This document shows positions 38,421 to 53,868 of a stretch of DNA of 64,000 nucleotides, piece by piece. Every line of letters begins with the position of its first letter. The stretch's first letter is position 1. Source of the DNA: Camelus ferus (Eukaryota); the NCBI RefSeq assembly GCF_009834535.1, contig NC_045696.1, forward strand, positions 57,786,001-57,850,000. The letters run 5' to 3'. The notes beneath the pieces were generated by a model. It worked only from the letters and a program-made list of their open reading frames with translations. It was not told the origin of the DNA and did no database searches. A program made the translations under genes and the position numbers.

Positions 38421-41400
38421 GTTGTTAATCCTTGGTTGTTAATAGTAATCTTTCCTTGGCTTTACCTAATGGATTTTGGACTGAATTGTTTAGGAAGGAG
38501 AGGGGAAGAAGTGGAAGAGAGGAGAAAGAAAGGAAGAAATAAAAGAGGAAACTTGTTTTAAAGGTACACTAAATAATGTCTCCCTCTGTGTTCTGCACTC
38601 TGCTTAATATCCTACAGTGCCGCTTGCGAATCCCCCTGCCCCTAAATGATGATAGTAGCGTACATTAAGTGCTTATTATATGCCAGGTAGGGTTCTAAAG
38701 ACTTCACACATATAATGCATTTAATTCCTGTAACAACCTCCTGAGGTGAATGTTGTTACTGTCCCCTCTTTACAGAAGACTGAGCATAGAGAGGTTAAGT
38801 TACTTGCCCAAGGCCTCAAAGCTACTTAGTAAAGTGAGAATATGATCCCAGGCTGTTTGCCTCCAGAACAAATGCTCTTAACCTCTACCGTCTACCAACA
38901 CAAGGCCAGAATCCATTTATTCAGCTATTTTGACCCCTGAAGGAGATAAGTAAGAGCTTGAAGAGTGATTTGGGGGGGGGGGGGGTTACCACTGACAACT
39001 CAATGCTTCACAATAAAGAAACTGCTCTATTCATCTGCCTTCAGCTTTTCGCATGTAGAGATTTTGTTCAATAAATGAAAAAAGATCTCTACTGGCCTAG
39101 TAATAATACTTTTCTGAACAGTGCAAACATGGACAAACATCTAAAGCGGTATACACAGAAGAGCTGGTCGAAGATACATGAAAGTTCATAATCAGGTTGA
39201 TTAGATTTGTTTTTACTTTATCTTGATTTTGATGTAGAACGTCGGAATACATCACATGTTTAAGAATTAGTCTAATAAGGGACATACAGCACCTATGCAA
39301 AGACAATCACACTGTTTCACTTTCAGAAATAAAAGACTTGAATAAATGGATAAACATCCTGTTGCTTGTTAGGTAGGGTTCATGGTAAAGAGAACACAAT
39401 AGTAAAGAGAGTAAATAGGAAAGAAGATCAAGTACTGTGTGTAGTGATTCTCAATTTTGCCTGCATATTAGAATCACTTAATTTATAAGTTTAAAAAAAT
39501 CTAGGTTGGGGACTCACTGCAGACCAATTAAATAAGGATCTCTGGTAAAGAGCCCAGGTGATTCTAATGTCAGCTGGGATTGACTACTATTATGGTATAA
39601 AAGAAAAGAGAAAATAGTTTAATGGAAATACTTGTCCTAATAAAATTTAAAATATATTTCAAAGTTTAAAATTTATTACAAAATATTTCATTTTTCTGAT
39701 AGTAGATTACAAAACAAAAGAGATAATGGAAACAGGAAAAAAAAAAAGTCAGAAAGTGTGACCCAAATCTGTTTAAGTTGGGTAAAATAAAGACAGTATG
39801 AAAATAATTTTTTATTTACAAAATGTTGTAGAAAAATTACATTTTGTGGGGAAATAATCATTTGGGTCCATATTTTGTATATATCATAATAAATTACAAA
39901 TTGGTTAAAAAGTGGGAAACTGGAATGGATAGTTACAGTGGAACTGTTAAAAATAGTTTTAACCCAGAAGATAACTCTTTTTAAAGGGAGTGGCTTATTT
40001 TAAAGGATAAGGAAGTGGTATTTGAACAATTAGACTAATTCCCCAAGAATTGTTGGGATTCCTAGAGTAACAAAAAGAAAACAGACTTACAACTGAATAA
40101 ACTGTTGATGGAAAGGGTGTTCAAAACTTGATTGGCCATTTAGGGCTTATTCAGATAAAGGAACAAGTTTTTCCCCAAAAGACCTATCTTCCCTTAGCAA
40201 TACCATTGCAATTGAAGGAAAAAAATTCATTTCTCAAACATTTCCCCCCACCAAATCTGAAGTATAATCTGGGAGCAAGAATGTGTACTCTATTGTAAAA
40301 ATTATTTTCACTAATCCCAAAGAGAGAGACTGAGAGAATGAGCTCTTGCCTTGCAAAGAAGAGGGACTCAACTCCGGTATCTGTCATGCACTTCCAGAAT
40401 TCTCTGCCAGTGGACCATGGTTAAAGGACCGGGTATAAGGCCGAGTGAAGATTCAGACGTCATGATTTTGCCCAGGGTTGTAGGCAATGCCTACTCTGTT
40501 CTTTCTTGGTAAACACGTTTCTTCACTTACCTAAGGGAGTGACTCAATCAATTTTTGGCATGTTTCTCATTTAGGAGAGGGCCAAAACTCATCCTGGGTG
40601 CTGAAGGCTTCTGCGGTTTCCCAGGTTTCCCGTGCTGGAACTTGAATTCAGACACTGTAGGGAGTTTCTGCCAAGGAGCTATCCAAGCATGTCCCTGGTG
40701 CTCTAAACGACAATATGAGAAAGTATTGGACGAAGAAAAAATGTCCTAATGCCAATGGATTATTGAAACAGAAAGATACTGCTTGGCCACCTGACTCACT
40801 TCTTAATGTTCTTGATAGGATCCTTTGGTTCAAAAGAACTTCATTTATTTTATGTAATGCAGGGATTTATCAGAAAGCTGTATCAGCTTAAAAATCTAGA
40901 AAATGCCAAAGAACCAGGCCTCGTGGAGAAGAAGGACCGATACGGAACAGGGGCTTACAGCCAGAACCAGAAGCCAAGGCAGCTCTAAGAAACTGAGGAG
41001 CTGTGGTGCTGGGTTTTCACTCTAGGGGTCCATCGTTAATGGGTCTCAGCTATTCTCCAAGCAGTTGTCTGCATCTCTGTCTCTGTCCACCTTTTTGCCA
41101 GCTCCAACTAGCAATGTCTCTTCTATTCTGAATAACTTCGCTCTGCCTCATGGTGTGCATCCTCATAGCTCCTGCTTTCTCAGAACAATGGGCTGTCCTG
41201 GCCCCTGTTGCACCTTATCATCATTCTCCCTCAGGATTCACTTTCCACTGCTAACTACATCATTTTCTCAGTATTTCTTGGTTCAAAGCATTAACGAATT
41301 TGATTGTCCAGATCACCTTTTAGATCTAGGACATGTCACAGGACACTGACTAACTTAAGATCTGGCAGTTTTGGGGTCAGTTGCCCAGCTTTGGTTCAAT

Positions 41401-44400
41401 CAGTATAGTGTAAAATGGACTACCAAGGAGTGCTTTTTAAGTAGGAGCTATGGGCCAAAACGTCTTCCCTACAAAGGGCTCTGGCATGGTATCTGATCCA
41501 CATGACAAGTATATGGATAAATAGATGGATGGATGGGTGGATGGATGGATGGATAACAGACAGGCAGACAGGAAGTATTTTGTCCTTAGAGAAGTAAGGT
41601 ATGACTGGTTAGGGAGAGAGACTTAATACGGGTTGAACAATTGAGCAGAGAGAACTGCATTTGCACATTGCAATATTTGAATGAGATCTGATCCCAGTCC
41701 TTAGGAACCAAGTAATGCACAGGCCCTCATTGGACTGGCTATTAATGCCAAGTCTTCCTTCTTAGGGAAATGAGACAGATTTCCCCCAAATTGCTTCACA
41801 CAGTTCTGGCTGTTCCTTCACTTAGTGCCTGGTCTTCTCTAGCCTTTCCCTATTAGTTTTCCCAAGGTTCATCTCCCAAATGGGGCAATCACATAAGGTA
41901 CTAAGAATGGTGCCTAGTTTGTGGTATGCACTGAGCAAATGAGCTATTATTAGCCTTATACTTTTCATTCATTGAAAAAATATTTAGACAGTGGGCTGCT
42001 TTTGGCTGAATAAAACAGAATCCTAAATACAGAGGCTCAACCAAATAGGTGAAGCACTCCTGTTACATCCCTTGAATGAACAGATGCAAATCCCTGCCCT
42101 CACGTAATAGTAAGTTTAGAGACACAGATAGCCTTCCAGAATGGCAACCCACAATGCCATCAAGGATCCAGTCTCCTATCTTTCTATTCAGTCATCCTTA
42201 ACAGGTGGTTTTCATCTTTGTGTTTGTCACCACACAGGCAAATAGTCCTCATTCTTGGCACTTACAGCCACTCTAACCATACTCCAGGTAGAAAAGAGGA
42301 GGAAGGGATAATACCTTTATCAGGAAACTAAGCTTCTCAGAAATGCCCCAGCAGTCTTCTGTTTACAGCTTATTGGCCAAAATTTCCTCACTAGTCTCAG
42401 TGGCTGCAAGGGAAGCTGGGCACACTGCCACTCTGGACAAAAATCAGGATTCTATTGGTCAGGAAGAGGGAAATGGATCTGGGGTAGAAAACTAGCAGTG
42501 TCTCAGGCTCATCCTTCCCAGGCACTGAGAACCACAGCACCAGCCCTTGAAAGCTGGTAGGGGAGAGGTAAACAGTATCTGAATAGCATGATAAAGATCC
42601 TGAGAGGTGCTGATCATGGGAGCACATAAAAGGGACACCTAATTTGTATGTGAAAGGTCAGAAAAGGCTTGCTGAAGGAAATCATAGCTAAGACAAGAAG
42701 CATAGGTAGGAACTGGCCAAGTAAAGAGAGAACATGTACAGTTCAGAGGTGACTGGGTCCTCTCTGGGAGCAGAATGCAGCTCCCTATCGATAGAGAAGA
42801 GCACTGTGGGGAAGGGGAGATTGGAGGTAAGCAGGAGCCAGAGCATGAAGGACTTCAGAGGCCATTTTGAGGAACTTACCAAAGGAAGTGAGAAGCCACT
42901 GGGGAATTTTAAGCAGGAGACAGATTTTGTTTGCTAGGTTTTAAAACTGGAGTGCAAAAATCATTAAATCCACAGCAATTACCTTTAAGTGCCACTGGAT
43001 TTGCTGTCCCTTCTTAATGTACCGGGAAATTCACATTCACCTAGGCCAGGTCATTTCTCCTTTACAGGAGTGCCCTCAGTTAGCCACTGCATACGGAAGC
43101 TGGGAGCTATCTTGGCATAAACCTCTTAACATTTTGGTTTTCCTCTCAAAACATAATGCTGCAAGTAAATTTGGCTTTTTTGTTTGTTTGTTTCTAAATG
43201 CTGTCCCTATCAGGAATGATCATCTTTTGACTATTTTCTTTATTCTTCAATGTTCATGCTCAACTAAAGTATCTTTTAAGAATCAATCAAGGCTTATCTA
43301 TGAGGCGAAGTACACACTGAAATCATGAGTAACCTAAGTAATCTCCAGCCTATTTGAACTAGATCACCTAACTCTAAGTAGAATATTCACTTTTCCTGAT
43401 TAGAAATAAGGCCACACATCTGACTAATCTCCCAGCTCACAAGTTACTTCTGGACAGTGTTAAATACGTAGTGTGGCACAGAAGCAGTGTCTACCGCAAT
43501 AGCACTGGATATACTGGTATCTTTGGAGCACGACTTAAAAAATACTAACTTATTAGAAAAGTTTCTTTTTATGACTGTATTTATCTGGAATATTTCAGTC
43601 TCTATTTCAATCGGCTTTTCAAAGACCAGGGTGTTATAATATTCTCTTAACTGAACAGCCATTTGCAACCCACTCTCCACACCCCATTCCTGATCTTTTT
43701 TTTCCCCCGTGGCAATTTATCACTGTTTAGCATACTATATAATTTACTTCTTTTCTATGGTTTGTCTCCCCTCACTACATGTAAGCTCTTTGAGAGCAGG
43801 TATTTTTATCTGTTTTGTTCAGTGATATATTAGCAGTGGCTAATAATGCCTAAAATATGGAAGGCATTTAAATATTGTTAAAAGAATTTACAAATGGATT
43901 ATTATCCCTGTTTCCTCTATGACCACCTTCTGTCCTGCCGAGGAAGGGCCAAACTCATCTCTGAACTTTCTGCACAGTTTCTTCTCTTTTTGGCTAAATC
44001 CTACCTATCTTTCAAGCAACAGAATCAACAAGTTGCTGAAAGGCAGCAATTACATACAAGACACTATTTCAGCAAGCAAATCCACTTTCAAAAGCAAGGC
44101 ACCATCCTTTTCTTCACATTGGTGGCTTTAAATGCCATTCACCACAAACTAAACATACTAATATTCATTTATACTAAAAGTTACTCCATACTGTCATTAT
44201 TGCACATTTAAAAAAATAATATGGCACACTGGAAAGACTCAGGCGTCCTGCTAACATGAATTAGCCAGTGTATTTTAGTGAAACTGAAATTCTGGAAAGG
44301 CTGTTATGAATACTTTCCAAGGATTCCTGAACTATTCATTAATATGTAATTCCTATAGAAAATCTTTTTCACCACTGGCACTAGGATCTTCCTTCTTGCT

Positions 44401-44640
44401 GAAAAGACTAAATTATAATCTCCACAAAAGTAGGTCTTATTTATCAGTATCTCCAATGACAACAGTATCTGACCCACAGTAAATGCTCAATGTTGTTTTT
44501 TGAAACGAGCACTTTATACCTTTACCGCTCATTTTCAAGTGCCTAATCTGATGGTCAATGTACTGAACAAATACATAGCCTACCCGTAACCCTGCTGGGT
44601 CACTGGAACAGTGCAAGAACCAGGTGACTTGTGTTTAAAT

Positions 44641-45230
44641 TGTGATAGACAGAATTCTAAAATGGGTCTCCAAAATATCCCACTCTAATCCCTCAAACTA
44701 AATATAAGACGTTATATCTGTGATGTTACCTGGCAAAAGGGATTTGCAGATATAAAGTTATAATCAGTTAACACTGAGTTAATCAAAAGGAAGATTATTA
44801 TGGTAAAATATAAACACACAAACCCTTTAGAAGCAGAGTTTGTCTTATAGCAAAGAAGTCAGTCAGATTCCAAGAAGGAGGATTCAGTGCACTGTTGCTA
44901 GCTTGGAAAGAAGGGAGCCAAGGTGTCAAAAAGGTGGGTTTCAAAAGGAGCTAAGAGTGGCCCATGACAGCCAGCAAGGAAATGGGGACTTCAGTTCTAC
45001 GTACCAGAAGGATCTGAACTCTGCCAACAACTGAACGAGCCTGGAAGCAGGTTCTTTCCCTGGAGACTCCAGACAAGAGCACATCCTGGCTACTACTTGA
45101 TCTCAATCTGTGAGACCCTAGGCAGAGAACTCAGTCAAGTGCTCCTGGCACTCTGACCTACAGAACTGTAAGACAATAAACAGTGGTGGTCTTAAGCTCC
45201 TAATTCTGTTAAGCAGCAATAGAAAACAAA
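44641..45230 (+). mobile_element. MLT1-type LTR
   Basis: tgtgatagacagaattctaa start and cagcaatagaaaac end. Confidence 0.75.
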
Positions 45231-45717
45231 TAAAATCATTCTGTACTAGAAAGTGCTTTTTCACAAGACCAAATCCTCCAATTACATCAGGTTTTTAACT
45301 GATTCATTTGAATACTATTATGTAAGCCCTACTCTGCTTTTCCATTTTCTGAATTTGTTTTACTGCTTTCCTTTTCATTGTCCACGGAAACACTACCTAG
45401 GAAAAAATCCTACCCAACATTAGTTTTTTCATATGAAAACAAGGTAAGTTAAGGTACTAAGAAAAAGTTTCTTTGGACAGTATCCAGCCTGTAATACTGC
45501 ACTTTTACTTAAGAGCAATAAACCTAAAGAGATAAATAGAGAAAATTATCAATGACTCAAAAGGTCTACGTTCATGCCAATAAATCTGTAAGATTCATAA
45601 AGGTACAATACAAATCAAATCAGATACTAAAACTGTATTCAAATACTCTTACAAGAACTTAACTGTCTCAACTTGGAAAACAATCAAATAATTCTGTACA
45701 CTGAGTCAGAAAATTAT

Positions 45718-45723
45718 TTTAAT
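45718..45723 (-). terminator. MIX23: Probable MIX23 polyadenylation signal ATTAAA
   Basis: ATTAAA on - about 240 nt downstream of the stop. Confidence 0.45.
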
Positions 45724-45960
45724 AGTTACAAAACATCTTTTTTTTTTTTTTTTACAGAATCAGTATAAAACAGCAGTTGATTTCTCCATAATTATGAGAA
45801 TTATTTATACTTGAGGTCTTGGCTAAGTGGGGCTAAAATCAACAAAAGGTCTTGGACTGTTGGCTCAGAAATCTTCCTAGGAAGCACACCGTGTTGATGT
45901 CTGTCATGCTTAGCTCTTATGAGATGACCGGTCCATTTTTTTTTTTTTTAAAGTATCTTT

Positions 45961-46011
45961 TTATTCATTCTTTGGAGGCTTGAAGTGAATTCGGCAGCGT
46001 TCATTAAACAC
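45961..46011 (-). CDS. MIX23: MIX23/CCDC58 last coding exon, VFNERCRIHFKPPKNE*
   Basis: TAG acceptor, TAA stop at 45961-45963, matches the CCDC58 C-terminus. Confidence 0.96.
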   Translation of the reverse strand: MFNERCRIHFKPPKNE

Positions 46012-48478
46012 CTAAGATATTTGAACAGAAACAAGTCATTGAGTCATCCTATACAAATTAGGCCTGGAATTAAATTTGGCATGGTTCAGGTGGATATAAC
46101 CTTTTTTGTCTCAGGTCAACAGATTTAGGGAACAGAGGAATTTCCTCACTAGTACCAAATGACTTACCAGGTGCTAAGAGCACAGAAGGCCTTGATATAC
46201 ATTTATGACAATTTCAATATTTTAATAAAATTTAAATTATTCAAGGAAAAGATCATTATAAGCTAGCTTGTTTAGTAACTAACAAATATTCTAGTCACTC
46301 ATTCTGGACATATTTTGGACAGTTAGACAAAAATATCTAAAATAAGTTTAAGATAAAGCTTTTTAAAAATTCTTTTATAATGCAGATTTTATTTAGAGAT
46401 CTGTCATGCTTTTCTAAAGGAATGCCAGCTCCTTCTCACAAGTAGGCACCCGTACTTGAAGGAAGTGTGTACCTGAAAGGAGACTAGTCTTCTGCAATAT
46501 TATATAAATTTACATGTTTTGTTCTATTTACCCTGCTTCCTAAAAACTAAACAAACGACATATCATAAGTGTTAAAAGAACATTCTATGATTAAGTCAAT
46601 ATGAGACTGTGTTAAATAAAAATTTTGGTACACCCATTCTATGGAATATAATGCAAAACTAAAAAAGAACAAGGAAGCTCTTTAAGTTCTGATTTGAAAA
46701 GCTCTCCAAAATATATTAAGGGAAAAAAAGTGTGGACAATACACTTCCATTTGTCTGATAAAGGATTTCAGAAATGTGTGTGTGTACGCACGTGTATTCA
46801 CACATACATACATAAAATTTCAAAAGGTACAATATCTGAAAGCATATACTATCCTTTGAGAGGAAAGGGAAAGGAGGTGGCTGAAAGAGAGGGATGAGAG
46901 GTAGAATGCTTACTGCAGAACTTTTAATACTTAAAAAAATTTTAAATCATTTGTCTAAAATTTTTAAGTGTCCAAATTTTTAAAAATTTAAAATAATTCT
47001 CCCAGTTTACCCTCATGCTTCATTGATGTAAGAACAAACCATTTTAAGGTAAAAAACAAAAACAAAAAAAACTCAAAAACCAAGCCATGTTAGCTAATGT
47101 GGACTATTATAAAAACAAAAGAATAATCTACATAGGGAACTTTCAAGGTGCTGGTATTATTCAATTTCTTAAGCTGGGTGGTAGACATGTATTCATTTTA
47201 TTAATACTCTTTAAATTCTACATGTTCCATGCTCTTTGGCATGTGTATTTCCCAATTAAAAGAAAACATGTAGAAATTACACAGACTCTCTTCCAACTCC
47301 TTTGTCTTATGGCTCCCAGCCTTGATATGTCCCTGACATTCCCAGTGCTCAGACCAAAGGAGGCTTTAGATTAGTGACCCTGACATACTGGTTGGGACAA
47401 TATATTCAACTTGGCCGAACCTCAACAAATCCTTTTTCCAAATGACTTCCCAACCATTTTACTGGCACCATGGCCACATTTTCTTCTTTTTAAAACAAAG
47501 AGCCTTATTTTCTGTGGAGTGGATGGAGCAGATTTTCTTTTAAACAAGCATCAAATCTAAAAAGGCTTCACTCTTCCCAGTACATTTTACATACAACAAC
47601 CTCTGCACTGGAGTTCCCAAACCAGATGTTCACTGTACCCATCCCCATCCCACCCCAAGAGTAAATATTATCTCACCAGAGAATGTAAGTGGACAAATGT
47701 TGCCAAAGTCTTTCAAGGAGCAAACACCTTATCATGTAGGTGGATAGAGCAGGAATTGAAAATCTTGGCAAAGAGGATAGGATAAAGAAATGTAATAAAG
47801 CAAAGAAAATCAATTTGTATTTTGTAATTTATTCATGGCTCTGCAAGTTGGTATGTTTCAGTTTTTGGTTCAGTTAACCTCTCTCTGGGTTCAGCCCCAT
47901 TCCATTGGTTAATTTCAAAGGATAAAATAAAATTTCCAGTTCATTCTTTCAGATTTAATAGATCTTGCCCTTTGGAAACCCTTGAAGTTTTAGAGAGGGT
48001 ATACAGATACACCCAGTAAAGCTCCATACCAAAAATGTTTCATGATCAGATATGTTCGAAAACAAGCAACTGTGAAAGGTAGCTACTGATAATGGAAAGT
48101 TATGGAAAGTAACTGACCTCGGAAGGGTTAATTTAAACAAATAACCTGGTTGAAGGTTCTGAGTTAACATGTAATAACTCTAAATACCAAATAACTCATA
48201 ATTACTATTAGGAAACATACAGAATGTCTTCAGTTCTGTTACCATGACGATCATACAATTCTACCATGACCGTAAAGCTAATGTTTATAAGATGGCTCTA
48301 TTTGGATGCTAACTGCAGCCCTCCACCCCCTCAAAAGTTAAAACTTTAAGCTGCTTGTAAATAAAGGCTCTTTATTCTTCTTAAGAGCCCAAGGCACTCC
48401 TTACTCCCCACTTCCCTCCGTTTCCCTTTGCCAGTTCTGTTTCCCTCCTAGTTCTCTCCAAGAAGCAACATTATTTTA

Positions 48479-48577
<99 letters not shown>

Positions 48578-51500
48578 TTAAAGAATTAAAACCGAATTCT
48601 GTAATGTTTTCCTAAGAAAACCAGTTGCAGCTCCTGCATTCTTTGTTAATGGTAATGCCTAGGCCAGATTTTGAAACCTTCTTTGACATAACTATTCTCC
48701 TCATATTTAATCAATTACTAAATCTTATAAAGCCAAGGTTCTCAAGCTTTGCTGCATATTCTAATTACCTTGAGAGCTTAAAAAAAAAACTCAAATGCTA
48801 CTCAAAGATAGTTCACAGAAGAAACAGAAATGGCCAATAAACATATTCATAAATGCACAATCTTACTCACGTATAAAGAAATGAAAATTAAATCATAATG
48901 ACAATAATTTTTAAAAATGAATAAGTCTGATAAGGCCAATAAAACCTAGTATTAGGGAGAGCACAGGAAAAGATAAACTCACACACATTTTTAGTAGGAG
49001 TATAAACTGTTGCAACTTCAATGGAGGACAATATGGTAACACTTTTCAAAAACGTAGGTTCATATGTCCTTGAACTGAATAATTCCAGTTCTAGTTATTG
49101 ATCCTCATACAGATTTGCAAAGGTAGCACAGAGGAACAAACAAACAAAAGGACAAGGAGGTGGCAATCTGATTTGAATACAGGAAAAAGAAACAGGAAGA
49201 AAAACAAGAGAAGGGGAATATGTAAGGCCCAAGTGATCTAGAAACGGATGAATTTTCCACACCTTAACCACACAACCAGAGGTCTGAGGCTAAAAATGCT
49301 GAAGTCTTTCTAACTTTCTTTTTAACTGCCAATCCAATTACTTCATTAAAAAAAAAAAAAAGTAGCCAATTCTATTGCCAGGCCCAGAAGGCAGGGCCCA
49401 TCATACTCCTAGTCGCCTCTGGTAAGAGAGGCTTGAAAGGAAAGAAGCTAGTTAGTTCCAGAAGGAGGACTGGAAAATATTCAGTAAAATTAGGAGAAAA
49501 AAGCATGAACTACATACAGACTGAGGCAGCCAAGAGGTTAAAAGCAGGATGATTTCCTCAGGCCAAAGCCAAGACTCACTCAGGATATTTGGGAACAAAA
49601 TACCAGAGAGCTAGACAAGACCTGAGCAACCATGAATTGTCAAAGAACCAAAGAACTTAACCATAAATTAGGAGCACAGCTCAGGCTGGAGGTTTGAGAC
49701 ATGCATATGTAACACTAATAAGTCTGGACTTGGTACTGATCCAACACTCCTTGTTGGATCAGTACACAGGACTGAAACCAAGAACAAGGGGAATGAGTGA
49801 ATTTCTGACATGCTGTGGAACAGTAGCAAGCCTGAGGAAGCCTGTCTATAACACCTCAACCACAGTTTCAGATCTTAATCAGCTATATAGAACAGAAATC
49901 ATCTTAAGGCTTTACTGCTCTGTCAGAGCCTGGACTTTCTGCCAAAGAAGAAACAGCTTAAAAGAACAGTGCCGCAACATGCTACTAAGACAGTCTTCAA
50001 AATTGCTCTCAAATATGTAAAGGGATGTCATGTAGAAATGGGTTTCAACTTACCCTGTATAGCTCCAGAGAAAAGATTAAGGATCAGCACGTGTTACAGG
50101 GAGACAGATTTTCACAATAAACAAGAAAATCTTTGAACAATTACAACTGTCCAAAAAGAGAATGTAATGCCACTGAAGACTGTGAATCCTCCCAACCCCC
50201 TTAAGTAGTGGTTAAACAAAAGGTGGAAACCTCTGCTTGAGGGGATACTGTAAAGAGGATTAATGTAACAAATATAAAGTCCTAGACAGAGACTCAAAAA
50301 AGGAAAGAAACTGCTACTTTGTATCAGTCAATATGCTAGCTCTTATATTAATCTTCATAAAAAAAACCCCCAAGAAGTTATTAAGTATCAATTCCATTTT
50401 ATAAACTGAAAATCAGAAGTTTCAAAGCAATAAATTTACAAGGTTAGAAAACCACTAAGTGGTAGATGGTATTTATTTCTTTAGAACTATCTTTATAATC
50501 CATGTTTTATTTATTCTTGAACACTGCAGATATCATAGCCAGCTTCTAAAACAATTTCAGTGCCACCAACCAAACACTATCTTTGAGATGGTTGTTTTTG
50601 AGGCTCTGGGTCTTAAACAGGTGAACCTCTTCTCAAAGGCCACTAACAGGTGACAGCTGTTATATAGTTCCAGCAGAAATGTGCTTTTTCTGAGTTAAGG
50701 ATTCAGGTAAAGAACTGGGAACTTTCAGACTGGCATCACTGTATATAAATAAATCATGTTCACTAAAGTAATCAGCATTTGACTATTAGCCCCAACTTAA
50801 TATAAAAACGCTGACTGAATCCAGAATCAGAAGAGATACGTTAAAGTCTTAGTTCCACCACTTACTAGCTTGTGGCTTTGGGGATGTTAGTTAGTATCTC
50901 TGAGTCTGTTTCCACACATAGAAAATGAAGAGGTAGAGCTGGAACATCTCTAAGAGCTATTTCTTTCTGGTTCCATAATCTTCATAGCAAACTTGAAAAA
51001 AAAAAATTCAAGTTCCTTTATTTGCTTAAGTACCATTCATGGTTACCCTCTATGCTGGTCCTACGCAGTATCAGGCTAGAAAGCTACCTTCATAACTCAC
51101 TGCCTGGTTGGTAAAAGTCCTCCTTGCAGTGGTCACCCTGGTGATTTTCTCTGGGCTCTAAAGGCATATGGCTAGAACTGAGGGCAGACAAATTGTGACA
51201 CATCACTCTGTGCTTTCTGAACTTTGTTCTCTGCTAACAAGAGTCACTCTAATCTTTGGCTTAATTTGCAAATAGTGATTCTTCAGTTTCTGATGTAACA
51301 GCCCTGCCCTGCAGTTTCCTTTGTCAGTATTTCAACAGTTTATTAAAATACAAAATCCAAAAATAATTAAGATTTTTAACCAGCTTTTTATAAATTATCT
51401 ACGCGCCTTCACAAACACTGAGGATAGGTTAAGATGATTATGGCCTAAGTTCACTGTCTAAAGAGCCCACCACTGGCTGATGAATGAGCAGGTATGGAAG

Positions 51501-52639
51501 ACAGGGCTGAAGCAGTCATCATGAACAAGGAGAACAGTAAAGACAGTGGATGAACCCTGTATCCAGCAAGACATACTGCATCAGTGGTATGACTCCAAGT
51601 GCACACACTCACTTGTATGTAGATAGAGAACAAAGGCTTGAGAGAGACGGCAAGGTCCCTTTTTCAAAGTCTGGCTACATCTACTAAACAAAGGGCAAAC
51701 TTCACAGCTTGTGCAGTATGAAAATGATTCCATCCCATACTGGATGTTCAGGCACCTGACACACAAGGATCAGTAAGTCACCTATTGTGCCATCTTACAG
51801 TACAGACATGATTTTAATAACTGTACAGTGTTCATGTAAGCAAAAGCCCCTGTTCTTAGGAAATAACCAACATATGTAGGGGTAAAAGAGTACTATGTGT
51901 CCAACATACTTTCAAAATGGTTAGGGAAAAAAATGTGTATAAGGGGTGGGAAGGAAGACAGGGAAAGAGGGAGGGGAGGATGGAAGGGGCAGGGAAGGTG
52001 TAGAGAATGAATTATAAAGCAGGTGGGGCAAAATGTAAACAAGTGAATATAGGTAAAGGGTACATGAGAGTTCCTTGTACTATTCTTGCAACTTTTCTGT
52101 AACTTTGAAATTATTGTCAGAATTAAAAGTTATCCTTTAAGCACCCCTCCCAAAGAGACAGCAATAAAATTCACGTACTAAAATATGGTATACATTTCAA
52201 CTGTTTTCTTTTTTTGATGCCACACTTAAAACTTTTAAAGAAACAGCTCTGCTTCACTAACTCTGAGGTCTACATCCCATCTCCATTACAGCTGACTTTA
52301 AAATAAGGCCTCCTCTGACATTTCACTCAGTGGACACCTGCTGTTTTCTTAAAAGGGAAAACTATAGGGACGTGAGCTAAAGTGGAAACAAAGGAGGATC
52401 TGAAAAGAGCCAAAACCCCATAGCACCTTCTCCACAGCAAAGAAATAAATATAATGAGGCTCTGGCACATCTGGTTATATTTAAACAGCTACATATTTAT
52501 GGCTGAAGAGGGTAATATCCTGAAGTTTAATATCTGTATTACATTCCAGCAGATTTCTATAGATGGAACCAGAGGTAAACATTTCAAAATGTAAATATAT
52601 TTTTTAAATGTTTCTGGCTTAAAAACTAAAACATTAGAC

Positions 52640-53868
52640 AAAACACTGTAAAATGCCTAGAAGAAAATATAGGGAAAACATCCTCTGACATAAATCTTAA
52701 CAATGTTCTCATAGGGCAGTCTACCCAGGCAATAGAAATAAAAGTAAAAATTAATGGGACCTAACTAAACTTAAAAGCTTCTGCATAGCAAAAGAAACTA
52801 TAAACAAAATGAAAAGACAACCTATGGAATGGGAGAAAATATTTGCAAATGATGCGACTAACAAGGGCTTCATTTCCAGAATATACAAACAGCTCATACA
52901 ACTCAGTAACAAAAGCCAAACAACCCAATCAAAAAATGAGCAGAGGACCAATAAACATTTCTCCAAAGAAGACATACAAATGGCCAAAAGGCACATGAAA
53001 AGATGCTCAATATCACTAATTATCAGAGAAATGCAAATCAAAACTACAATGAGGTTATCACCTCACACCGGTCAGATGGTCAGAATGGCCATCATTAAAA
53101 GTCCACAAACAATACATGCTGGCGAGGCTGTGGAGAAAAGGGAACCCTCCTACATTGTTGGGAATGTAGTTTGCTGCAACCATTATGGAAAACAGTATGG
53201 AGAATCCTTAAAAAACTAAAAACAGACTTACTACATGATCCAGCAATCCCACTCCTGGGCATATATCCAGAGGGAACTCTAATTCAAAAAGATACATGCA
53301 CCCCAATGTCCACAGCAGCACTATTTACAATAGCCAAGACATGCAAACAACCTAAATGTCCATCGAAAGATGACTGGATAAAGAAGTTGTAGTATATTTA
53401 TACAATGGAATACCACTCAGCCATAAAAAAGAATAAAATAATACCATTTGCAGCAACATGGATGGACTTGAAGACTGTCATACTAAGTGAAGTAAGCCAG
53501 AAAGAGAAAGAAAAATACCATATGATATCACTCAATATGTGGAATCTAAAAAAATGACACAAATGAACTTATTTACAAAACAGAAAGAGACTCACAGACA
53601 TAGAAAACAAACTTCTGGTTACCAGAGGGGAAAAGGGGGAGGGGAAGGATAAATTGGGAGTTTGGGATTTGCAGATACTAACTACTATATATAAAATAGG
53701 TAAACAACAAGGTCCTACTGTAGCATAGGGAACTATATTCAATAACTTGTGGTAGCTTATTAGGAAAAATAATATGAAAAGGAATATATATATATGTATA
53801 ACTAAATCACTATGCCGTATACCAGAATACAACATTGTAAACTGACTATACTTCAATTTTAAAAAAAG
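52640..53868 (+). mobile_element. L1 3' 1.2 kb, antisense within a MIX23 intron
   Basis: ORFs 52809-53219 and 53171-53392 encode frameshifted L1 ORF2 C-terminus; 3'UTR and A tail present. Confidence 0.9.
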
